The translations under genes were made by a program, and so were the position numbers. A stretch of DNA of 64,000 bases from Daphnia carinata (taxonomy: Eukaryota). Positions 52,290 through 64,000 of the stretch are shown here, one piece after another (the stretch's first letter is position 1; every line of letters starts with the position of its first letter). The notes beneath the pieces are model-generated. The model was not told the DNA's origin. It saw only the letters and a program-made list of their open reading frames with translations, and ran no database searches. The stretch covers positions 6,634,001-6,698,000 of the forward strand of contig NC_081332.1 in the NCBI RefSeq assembly GCF_022539665.2, written 5' to 3'.

Positions 52290-55200
52290 GTTTTGTTTCG
52301 AGGCTTGTGTTCCTACCTATTTTCGAGCTGATTAAATAAATTATACAATAATCTGTTGTGATACAGATACGACCACAACATCTTGCCATCTTGTCCTTCA
52401 GTCTTTCACTTCATTTCAAATTAAAATGTATCCTATTTTGGTAGAAAAATGTCGGAAAGTGAGGCAGACTTAGGTGTTTTGACTCATAAAACTCCTTATA
52501 CTTTAAGAACACCCACGATGAAAATCATGGGGGTTTGAAATCAATAGGTAGAATCTACTGCAACGAAATATTTCATTGCACTTAAAGCTGTTTAACCCTA
52601 TCGTAAGAAAGATTAAGACCTCTACTAGTAAGAAACTATGTTAAAATTAATTATTGCTTATTAAAATTAATATATTTTAATAATAATGTAACATATATAG
52701 TCGTGTTGCTGTGTTTATGGTAGTTAATGTCTGTATTAGTTTGTGCGCTATGTTCGGTATGTTAGTGTCGGTTAGTTTGCATCTTGGTGAAGGTCAATTG
52801 TGAAGGTATATTCTAGTCCTTAATTAATAATATTTCGCCCAATTCTTTCATGGAATCTATCCTAGTAGCACAATACCTACCCAATATCAAGGCGACTCTG
52901 TCTATTACTTCTCAGGCCAACCCTAATTCTCATGGGTTAATATTGGCCACTGAAGCGACTTTTCTGTTACATATTTCAAGCTTAGTTACCCAAGATTTCA
53001 CGTCACTTTCTGAGCCTTTAAATAGGGATGCTCAGGTAATGCATTTGTTGGATGTTACTAGAAAACCGCTAAGAACACGGAGGTAAAATTTACGTTAATA
53101 ATTTCACGACCTTAACTAAACGCTAAAGATTCGGTATGGGCACCTGTACCAACAGTTTTGAAACCTTCTTCAGCCCTAGTTACCCTGCAGTTTGCTTCGC
53201 TTTCTGAGCCTATAAATGGAAACGCTCAGTTAATCCAGTTGTCAAGTGTTTCTAGAAAAACACCGAAAAGCAAACAGGTAAAATTTAAATTAATATTTCA
53301 AAACGCGAATGCTTTAACTGAAATGGGACTGCATTTCTTTAAGGGACAAACGGAAAGCTGCCTGTTGGCTCGCAGAGCCTTCATGAGTCAAATAGCATAC
53401 AATCTAAACAAAATTCCGACGATTCAGTATCGGCCCAACACCAGCAGTATTGAAATCTCTTCAACCATAGTCATCCAAGAGTTACCTTCACCTTTTAATC
53501 GTGTAATGTCGGCGGCAGGAAGCTCTTCTATTAAGCAGTTTACAGGTGCGGGAAAAATTGCTCCTAAGAATACGGACGGTAAGATTTTTATTAATGATTC
53601 GTGATATTAATGCAATATTTTTTTTCGTTGTATACGTTCTTGTATAGACAATCAAGAGAGTACTTACGTCAACGCAAACAGAAAGTGTATCAGATAACCC
53701 ATACTACAAAGCCGTACCAAAGGAAGTTTATCATTCTTCACGTTCAACCACTGCCACCTTCCAACGAGAAAAATTTAAAAAAAATATGACGGGGCAGACG
53801 AAAGACAACAAAAGAGCGAAATGGAGAGAGGAGTAGACGGAATGAATCCATTTCCAGGCCCATGTTGTGTACGCACGGCCCCGTCCGAGTCATTAAGGAG
53901 GTAGGAAAGGGTGCCATTTTCAGCCTCAGATGACCACACCTCCGGCCGAACAGCCATATGCTTTGCTTCTCATTCAATCTAATAAATCCCATTGTTGAAG
54001 CATTGCCCATAATTTGGCCTAGCGACTTGTGTTTGCCATCATGTCAAATCTCATCTTCATGATAAAACTCCACACTTTGTCGCATCAAGGAGCACCCTAT
54101 CGTTAAAGGCTAATTATCTAGGTTTTTAAAATTGGTACTTATAGACAGTCCCATGAATGCACGGTACACTGGCGAATGGTCTTCACACCTTTTTCCGCTA
54201 TCTTGCCAGACAACTAAAAAGGAGAGAGCGAAGACCAAGGCCGGCTCATTGGATAGCAAATCCGATTAAATTTTCAGAGACAACTTTCGTAAAGGGCAAA
54301 GATAATGGAGAAAAAAGGTAGGAATAGCCAATGAGATTGAACAGTACAGCATGGAAAATTATGCGAGAAATACTAGTGGACGGATCTTTGAGCTATACGA
54401 CATAGCCCCCGTTTAGTGCGCGACTGAGTAATTCGACTTTGAGACAGTGACGCAAAATCAGAGGGTTCACCTTTTCTTAACAAGGTTGCCTGTAGAGTTT
54501 CAGCCCTTAATAAAACGCGGTATGAAATAAAAATAGCAAATGAACCTTGTTGCATTTAAAATCTACGTTCCAGACGATTCCCATTCTTTGAGAGCTAATT
54601 TGCTGAACCTATATGACAGCTGGAATGAAAAGTCAACAGTTGCGTCCAAACAAACAGTTTACAAACAAAAATTTAAAAAAAAGAAATTTTATACGAGACG
54701 AAAAATTTAAAGATAGCAATCTGCGAAATGTAATGGCGGCGGTGTATCACAGAGGGATTCTGTATCCCAAGGGGCGTTTTTTTTTTTTTTTTCTAACGTT
54801 CACCGGAATCGGTCACATCCACCCAACTGGAAAACACTTCGGTAGTATATTTCAGGTGTCTCAATGTCCCACGATTTAATACACATTCATAACAAGCAAA
54901 AGAACACCGGATTGTGACGGGAGAAGGCCATCAGCATGGCACAGCTCATTATACAACAAGAAACGTACTGTATATTTTAATTTCATAAAATTTGTTTTAA
55001 CCACAAGGTGATTTTGCTTTGCTTTGCTCTCAACATAATATTGAAAATCAAACTGTTGTATCAGCAAATACATGTGCTCTTGTAGTTAAATTATAAAATA
55101 ATTTAAAGCGAATTCAGAGTTTTTCAAATCATAACAAAAATCAAGGTTAATGACAAGCGCATTATAGAATATACAATAATTTCGAACCTTTTGCATGAAA

Positions 55201-56536
55201 AAAAAAAAAAGATGTATGGCGATTCCTGAAGTTGCCGATCGGCACCGACGGTTTAAATCGGCTGCCCCATGGGGCTCCGCCAAAGATAGGGTTGATTCGG
55301 GTCGAAAGCTGACCTTGAAATAGGGGTGTGTTACGAGATAAGCCCGCGAATCCCATAATTTTTTCAAAAGTGTTGTTCAAAAGGAACAGAAACCTATGAT
55401 CAGCGAGCTCAAAGCGAACTAACTGTCGGCAACTATGTCTTCGCCAATCGGCTATCCTACAATTTCAGCACCGTCAGCACCCGTAACGTAAAATCCATTT
55501 GTCTTTCCGTTTGCAATTATTTTAAGGCTAAAAACTTCCTTCAACTACTCCTAATAATATTCAACTAACTCCTAAAACTTAAAAAATGTACTTGCTGATG
55601 GACACAAAGTACGAAAAAAAAAAATTGCGTGTGAAAACTGAAGTAAACTGGGCAAGTTCGGTTTGCTTCCCCAATTCTTAGCAGAAGAAAGCCCCACCTG
55701 ACCATTTACGTGAACCTTCGCACAGCCCTAATCGTTTCTACTTAACTTACCATAGGTTGGTAATTTCGAAACAATCGGGACTGCAACCAGAATTCACATC
55801 AAATTTACTTTTTTAGCGGGGGGTGGCGACTCCCATAACCGACTTTCTTCCTACTTCAGCTCACGCAGTAACGACGCTGGCGAACCAACACCGTTACCAA
55901 ACTGAAAGTGTTACATCAAGTCCTTTATACTGTACCATACGTGATCAAACTATCACTGATAAAAGGCTACTCTTTATGGCACAAATTGACGTTTAATGTT
56001 AAAGTTAGCAAACAAAATAAACTAAATTGGCAATTTTAACAAATGAACTTTATTCTGTACTTCTTTTAGTATCTTTCGAATAGAATTTCTTTTATGTTTG
56101 GAAAAAATTACAAGCGAAAAAATCCACAATAAAAAAAATCCTATGATCTAATCAGGGGTCGTGATACACGATCCGGGGCCGAGCCCTAATCGTGAATGAA
56201 AAGTGTCCTGCCGTAAGACTAGTCATCTGGCACCGCCTGCTGATTTTAACTTAACGGCATCGTCTGCTATTTTTCTGAAAGTTTTTGTTTACAATATGAA
56301 CACTAAATCCTACACAAAATGGTGCAAAGTATTCGATTCGTGTGCGGTCCTGGCACAGTGGCAATCGCCATAGCTTCGTAGTTAGTTTCCTCGTGTTCGA
56401 TTTCCGCCACCTACAAAAAAACCCCATTCCTCGGAACAACTCAAAAAGAAGAAAAAAACAATAATTACCCGTGCGTAAGGGATTGCTAGGCAACCTCGTG
56501 AAGCTGGTGCAGACGCACCAGTCGCACGGATAGTAG

Positions 56537-57172
56537 TCGTTTCTTAGAAAATACATCGTTCCTCGATCCTCATGAATATCGATAACATTTTCCCGACCAC
56601 TTGAAGGTATTGAATTATTTCACATCAAATGTTTTTTTCTGTTTATCAATTCCTTTTTCTGTAGGACCATAAAAGTTGCAATATTCTGCTGCTTTGCATC
56701 GAATGCCACACGGTTTGCAGCAGCCATGAGAACTATAAAGAATGGTTTATCATTGAAGGTCGACGCTCCAATTGGTACCCAACTAACTGTTAAGGTTAGT
56801 CACCCCCTTTGCTGAATTTTACCACTGAGATATTTTTAGAAATTCAACTTTAGTGGTACAGAAAGTTTTTAACGAATCATTCTTTTTCCATTTTAGACAA
56901 AACTCGATAAAAGACTGAGTAATGTCCAGAAAGCTGCAAATGCCTTAATTTGTAACCGACCTGCAATTCCATCTGACAGATTAGCAGTTCTAGAGGATGT
57001 CATAAAAATGTACTATGAAGTAGAAAAGCTGACACCTTTGATCATGGAGATGGCCAAAAATCTTGAAGTTCATGTGCCCAATTCTGACTACGTTCCACAT
57101 GGCTTAAAAGCAGTTCGCTATTTTGAACAGGATCATCCTGGTGGATTGTTGGCATCGGAACGCCTGTGGAGG
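56537..57172 (+). pseudogene. EXD2: EXD2 C-terminal fragment, copy 3
   Basis: Same structure as copy 1 with private SNPs, e.g. CAT (His) at 56586-56588 giving YR*HFP. Confidence 0.85.
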
Positions 57173-57878
57173 GGAATCACTAAAGTCCCTGGGATCAGTA
57201 AAGCAATACTGATGATGATGAGGGGAATGGCTCGTGTTCACTAGCAAATCCACAACTACTAGACAACGTCTTCACCTTTGTGAAAACTCCTTTTTGCTCC
57301 GCCATTCACATTGTCAACAAGGTTTCAGAAGACAAATGGTCTAAATGGGAAAGGATTTAAATCGAGCACTTCATATGCAACCGCTGACGGAACGTTGTGG
57401 GTCGGAACCAACGGAATTCATTGCCAAAGTTACCAAGAGACCTCTGCACAGCTTAGTTAACTATGGACGCAAGCAGTTACGAGTTGGCTGCCAATTTTGC
57501 TACAAAAACGGAGAGCTTCGTAGTGTGGTACTTAACCTTCGTTGGTTATTGCAATTGGATTGAAAAATGTGTAATTTTTAATTATTTAGGTAGAGTCTCA
57601 TACGTTGCGCTATCCGGTCACGCGTGCCGTCATTTGGCCGGTACTGCGTAAGTATGTTTGTGAAATGTGCGGAGCTACAGGAGACAGCGCGCATACCAAA
57701 TTTTACTGTAATTCAGTCTTATTAGATGTTTTCATAAAATTTGTTTTAACCACAGGGTGATTTTATTTGATTCGTTGATTTAAAAGGCCCCAATAATCGC
57801 AACCAAAAGACGGCGCCTACGGCAATCTTACTTAAAACTACTCGCCACAACGCAACTGGTAAACGGACTAATATGTAA
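57173..57878 (+). pseudogene. nanos: Nanos-like zinc-finger gene, copy 3 (residual ORF 57345-57878)
   Basis: Same finger exons, with TGG at 57635-57637 and an extra 2-nt loss at ~57207 in the upstream frame. Confidence 0.88.
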
Positions 57879-58696
57879 CATGATTGAGACTTCTTCAAGG
57901 ATTCGGCTGATTGCCCATTTTGGCAATGAAAACAACACGGCTTGCATTATGTTTTATTTCGATATGCTTATCATGAAATTTAGAAAAATTTGTCATCAAG
58001 ACTTCAGTGAGTTCAATCGTGTTTGTGCTGCCAATTCGTACGTATGGATATTCAGTTGCTACAAAAGAAGTTTGATTACACTGCCTCAAAGTTCCACTAT
58101 GCAAGACTCACCTTTGCGCATTTGGACTGAGAAACACGTTTCACCTTGCTCTCAACATAATATTGAAAATCAAACTGTTGCATCGGCAAATACATGTGCT
58201 CTAGTAGTTAAATTATAAAATAATTTAAAGCCAATTCAGAGTTTATCAAATCATAACAAAAACCAAGGTTAATGACACGGGCGTTATGAATATACAATAA
58301 TTTCGAACCTTTTGTCCACTTCGAAAGCAATGAAGACTTCAAGTAAGATTATTACGTGATAACTTTGAATTAAAAAGAGAATTTCCATACGATTTTTGGG
58401 ATTCAGTTACTTTGCTGTGGAATTGTGCTACGCGTCATTGGATCAGGTGCCAACGAGTTTTCTGTGACCATTCGTTAAACTCCCTTCATCCCCTCTCAAA
58501 AAAAAAAAAAAAAATTAAATGAATTTAAATTAAATATCACGTTGTGATTGTTCGCATTTCGAATTTCCTTCTGCACATGCTGCATTGATGTGCCAGTCAT
58601 AGCCTGCTATCAGTTGAGTCCTGGCATTCGGACAGATGAGAACCGGATGTTGATGGGATGTAGATCAATAAGGAGTAATTAACGGAGTAGTCATTA

Positions 58697-59363
58697 ACGG
58701 AATAGTGGACCACTAGCGTGCATCTTGCACGGCGATTACTGGATCAACAACATGCTGTTCAAATACGAAGACGATGGCAAACCCAGTTCTGAATCAATTG
58801 CCCTTAAAATGGTTGATTTCCAAGTGGCTAGAATTTGTCATCCCCTCAGCGACATCTTCTACTTCATGTACTCGAGCGCCGCTCCGGAGACGAGAGAGAA
58901 ACATATGCTCGTTTTGTTATGTTCGTTATTATTTCGATACTTTAACCATTGATTCGAGTTTATTTGGTGTTTCTCTCGATGACTACACTTGGCAAGATTT
59001 TTGGACGATTATAAGAAGAGATCGCTGATGTGGATGTTGAGGGGAATCGTTGTTATGTCGGCTGCTCTCAACAAGAAGGCTGTCAACGATTTACACGAAC
59101 TGGATGCGGAGGAAAAGCTGAAGGGACCTAAGCCAGGTCTACACTCTACGATCTTTTCTGGATTCGTTTTATTTTCAACTGTTAAATAATGTAGGGATCG
59201 ATGCGGAAACGATTAAAGGCGAAAGTGGATTCAGTCTCGAACTCGAGGAAACGATGAAAAATGTGACGGCCAGCCAAAAAAGTTGAGCGATAGCCCAATT
59301 CTAACCGATCGTCTTGCGAAACTCATGAGCGAAGTTAAAGCTTTACACTGTTCACAGAAATAG
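58697..59363 (+). pseudogene. EcKL 3' fragment, copy 3
   Basis: Same as copy 1 shifted by +14147. Confidence 0.88.
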
Positions 59364-62300
59364 GTTTTGTTTCGAGGCTTGTGTTCCTACCTATTTTCGA
59401 GCTGATTAAATAAATTATACAATAATCTGTTGTGATACAGATACGACCACAACATCTTGCCATCTTGTCCTTCAGTCTTTCACTTCATTTCAAATTAAAA
59501 TGTATCCTATTTTGGTAGAAAAATGTCGGAAAGTGAGGCAGACTTAGGTGTTTTGACTCATAAAACTCCTTATACTTTAAGAACACCCACGATGAAAATC
59601 ATGGGGGTTTGAAATCAATAGGTAGAATCTACTGCAACGAAATATTTCATTGCACTTAAAGCTGTTTAACCCTATCGTAAGAAAGATTAAGACCTCTACT
59701 AGTAAGAAACTATGTTAAAATTAATTATTGCTTATTAAAATTAATATATTTTAATAATAATGTAACATATATAGTCGTGTTGCTGTGTTTATGGTAGTTA
59801 ATGTCTGTATTAGTTTGTGCGCTATGTTCGGTATGTTAGTGTCGGTTAGTTTGCATCTTGGTGAAGGTCAATTGTGAAGGTATATTCTAGTCCTTAATTA
59901 ATAATATTTCGCCCAATTCTTTCATGGAATCTATCCTAGTAGCACAATACCTACCCAATATCAAGGCGACTCTGTCTATTACTTCTCAGGCCAACCCTAA
60001 TTCTCATGGGTTAATATTGGCCACTGAAGCGACTTTTCTGTTACATATTTCAAGCTTAGTTACCCAAGATTTCACGTCACTTTCTGAGCCTTTAAATAGG
60101 GATGCTCAGGTAATGCATTTGTTGGATGTTACTAGAAAACCGCTAAGAACACGGAGGTAAAATTTACGTTAATAATTTCACGACCTTAACTAAACGCTAA
60201 AGATTCGGTATGGGCACCTGTACCAACAGTTTTGAAACCTTCTTCAGCCCTAGTTACCCTGCAGTTTGCTTCGCTTTCTGAGCCTATAAATGGAAACGCT
60301 CAGTTAATCCAGTTGTCAAGTGTTTCTAGAAAAACACCGAAAAGCAAACAGGTAAAATTTAAATTAATATTTCAAAACGCGAATGCTTTAACTGAAATGG
60401 GACTGCATTTCTTTAAGGGACAAACGGAAAGCTGCCTGTTGGCTCGCAGAGCCTTCATGAGTCAAATAGCATACAATCTAAACAAAATTCCGACGATTCA
60501 GTATCGGCCCAACACCAGCAGTATTGAAATCTCTTCAACCATAGTCATCCAAGAGTTACCTTCACCTTTTAATCGTGTAATGTCGGCGGCAGGAAGCTCT
60601 TCTATTAAGCAGTTTACAGGTGCGGGAAAAATTGCTCCTAAGAATACGGACGGTAAGATTTTTATTAATGATTCGTGATATTAATGCAATATTTTTTTTC
60701 GTTGTATACGTTCTTGTATAGACAATCAAGAGAGTACTTACGTCAACGCAAACAGAAAGTGTATCAGATAACCCATACTACAAAGCCGTACCAAAGGAAG
60801 TTTATCATTCTTCACGTTCAACCACTGCCACCTTCCAACGAGAAAAATTTAAAAAAAATATGACGGGGCAGACGAAAGACAACAAAAGAGCGAAATGGAG
60901 AGAGGAGTAGACGGAATGAATCCATTTCCAGGCCCATGTTGTGTACGCACGGCCCCGTCCGAGTCATTAAGGAGGTAGGAAAGGGTGCCATTTTCAGCCT
61001 CAGATGACCACACCTCCGGCCGAACAGCCATATGCTTTGCTTCTCATTCAATCTAATAAATCCCATTGTTGAAGCATTGCCCATAATTTGGCCTAGCGAC
61101 TTGTGTTTGCCATCATGTCAAATCTCATCTTCATGATAAAACTCCACACTTTGTCGCATCAAGGAGCACCCTATCGTTAAAGGCTAATTATCTAGGTTTT
61201 TAAAATTGGTACTTATAGACAGTCCCATGAATGCACGGTACACTGGCGAATGGTCTTCACACCTTTTTCCGCTATCTTGCCAGACAACTAAAAAGGAGAG
61301 AGCGAAGACCAAGGCCGGCTCATTGGATAGCAAATCCGATTAAATTTTCAGAGACAACTTTCGTAAAGGGCAAAGATAATGGAGAAAAAAGGTAGGAATA
61401 GCCAATGAGATTGAACAGTACAGCATGGAAAATTATGCGAGAAATACTAGTGGACGGATCTTTGAGCTATACGACATAGCCCCCGTTTAGTGCGCGACTG
61501 AGTAATTCGACTTTGAGACAGTGACGCAAAATCAGAGGGTTCACCTTTTCTTAACAAGGTTGCCTGTAGAGTTTCAGCCCTTAATAAAACGCGGTATGAA
61601 ATAAAAATAGCAAATGAACCTTGTTGCATTTAAAATCTACGTTCCAGACGATTCCCATTCTTTGAGAGCTAATTTGCTGAACCTATATGACAGCTGGAAT
61701 GAAAAGTCAACAGTTGCGTCCAAACAAACAGTTTACAAACAAAAATTTAAAAAAAAAGAAATTTTATACGAGACGAAAAATTTAAAGATAGCAATCTGCG
61801 AAATGTAATGGCGGCGGTGTATCACAGAGGGATTCTGTATCCCAAGGGGCGTTTTTTTTTTTTCTAACGTTCACCGGAATCGGTCACATCCACCCAACTG
61901 GAAAACACTTCGGTAGTATATTTCAGGTGTCTCAATGTCCCACGATTTAATACACATTCATAACAAGCAAAAGAACACCGGATTGTGACGGGAGAAGGCC
62001 ATCAGCATGGCACAGCTCATTATACAACAAGAAACGTACTGTATATTTTAATTTCATAAAATTTGTTTTAACCACAAGGTGATTTTGCTTTGCTTTGCTC
62101 TCAACATAATATTGAAAATCAAACTGTTGTATCAGCAAATACATGTGCTCTTGTATTTAAATTATAAAATAATTTAAAGCGAATTCAGAGTTTTTCAAAT
62201 CATAGCAAAAATCAAGGTTAATGACAAGCGCATTAAAGAATATACAATAATTTCGAACCTTTTGCATGAAAAAAAAAAAAAGATGTATGGCGATTCCTGA

Positions 62301-64000
62301 AGTTGCCGATCGGCACCGACGGTTTAAATCGGCTGCCCCATGGGGCTCCGCCAAAGAAAGGGTTGATTCGGGTCGAAAGCTGACCTTGAAATAGGGGTGT
62401 GTTACGAGATAAGCCCGCGAATCCCATAATTTTTTCAAAAGTGTTGTTCAAAAGGAACAGAAACCTATGATCAGCGAGCTCAAAGCGAACTAACTGTCGG
62501 CAACTATGTCTTCGCCAATCGGCTATCCTACAATTTCAGCACCGTCAGCACCCGTAACGTAAAATCCATTTGTCTTTCCGTTTGCAATTATTTTAAGGCT
62601 AAAAACTTCCTTCAACTACTCCTAATAATATTCAACTAACTCCTAAAACTTAAAAAATGTACTTGCTGATGGACACAAAGTACGAAAAAAAAAATTGCGT
62701 GTGAAAACTGAAGTAAACTGGGCAAGTTCGGTTTGCTTCCCCAATTCTTAGCAGAAGAAAGCCCCACCTGACCATTTACGTGAACCTTCGCACAGCCCTA
62801 ATCGTTTCTACTTAACTTACCATAGGTTGGTAATTTCGAAACAATCGGGACTGCAACCAGAATTCACATCAAATTTACTTTTTTAGCGGGGGGTGGCGAC
62901 TCCCATAACCGACTTTCTTCATACTTCAGCTTACACAGTAACGGCGCTAGCGAACCAACACCGTTACCAAACTGAAAGTGTTACATCAAGTCTTTTATAC
63001 TGCACCATACGTGATCAAACTATCACTGATAAAAGGCTACTCTTTATGGCACAAATTGACGTTTAATGTTAAAGTTAGCAAACAAAATAAACTAAATTGG
63101 CAATTTTAACAAATGAACTTTATTCTGTACTTCTTTTAGTATCTTTCGAATAGAATTTCTTTTATGTTTGGAAAAAATTACAAGCGAAAAAATCCACAAT
63201 AAAAAAAATCCTATGGTCTAATCACGGGTCGTGATTCACGATTCGTGAATGAAAAGTATCGTAAGACTAGTCATCTGGCACCGCTGGCTGATTTTAACTT
63301 AACAGCATCGTCTGCTATTTTTCTGAAAGTTTTTGTTTACAATATGCACATTAAATCCTACACAATATTGTGCAAAGTATTCGATTCGTGTGCGGTCGTG
63401 GCACAGTGGCTATCGCTATACCTTCGTAGTTAGTTTCCTCGTGTTCGATTCCCGCCACCTATAAAAAAAACCCCTATTCCTCGGAACAACTCAAAAACAA
63501 GAAATAACAATAAGCAGCCGTGCGTAAGGTATTCGTAGGCAACCCCCGTGAAGCTGGTGCAGACGCACAAGTCGCACACAAAGCTATCAACATCAACATG
63601 CGATTCGTAAATCCAAGTTTTTCGTGATGAGTGATCACAGGAAGTGGCGTTATTAAGTATAGTTTCACTGGCGATCGGAATCAGCACCATTTTCATAGCT
63701 GGTAGATTGTAAGAGCATGCAGCTTTAATATGGGGATTCTTGAGGAGAGTAGATGTTATTCAAAACAGACTGAGAGAAAAATTGGAAAATCCGTTACTAG
63801 CAACAGTAATCATTACTCGCATCTCAAAATAGGTTTATTTATTTACATGATTATTTATTTTACATAGTTTATTTATTATACATGTTTATTTAGGGATTTG
63901 TGCCCTTGTGAGGGTATCTTGTCTATCTACACTTCCTGAAACTCTCAAAGTAATTTTTTTCGTTACACTCCATAACTTGTTGTTTGCTGCAATCCATCAG

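Larger units (their letters stand above)
38217..63577. repeat. Head-to-tail tandem array of a ~7,074 bp unit. Copies start at 38217, 45291, 52364 and 59438; the fourth is partial, near-identical to ~63242 and then diverged to ~63577
   Basis: Each copy begins CAGATACGACCACAACATCTTGCC. Identical ORFs recur at ~7,073-7,076 bp spacing (38701/45777/52850/59924; 44578/51651/58725). Copies differ by scattered SNPs and homopolymer lengths. Confidence 0.98.

Noticed and set aside
1..64000. CRISPR array, rRNA or prokaryotic operon/defence system
   Set aside because: The sequence is intron-containing eukaryotic DNA, with no short repeat-spacer array or rRNA motifs seen.

Overview
Eukaryotic (arthropod) genomic DNA with many short ~60-80 nt GT-AG introns and abundant poly-A/T tracts and microsatellites. 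It resembles Daphnia; this is an inference from sequence style, not verified. Positions 1-30 kb are gene-poor and hold a five-coding-exon large Maf / traffic jam-like bZIP gene, a tRNA-Lys(CTT) gene and a ~1 kb foldback/MITE element. Positions 30.8-37.9 kb hold three compact spliced genes: EEPD1-like (+), C1orf43/NICE-3-like (-) and mitochondrial malonyl-CoA:ACP transacylase MCAT (-). From ~38.2 kb to ~63.6 kb lies a young head-to-tail array of ~3.6 copies of a ~7,074 bp unit. The unit is a mosaic of intron-containing gene pieces that the ORF track shows only in part: the C-terminal HNH-like region of EXD2, fused to a spliced nanos-type (CCHC)2 zinc-finger gene with a Cys-to-Trp change in finger 1, a second deleted nanos remnant, the 3' half of an ecdysteroid-kinase-like (EcKL) gene and unidentified exon fragments. 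A hairpin followed by CTAG marks the point where the last copy switches to a diverged paralogous sequence. All gene models were spliced and translated by hand, and family calls come from motif recognition, not database searches.
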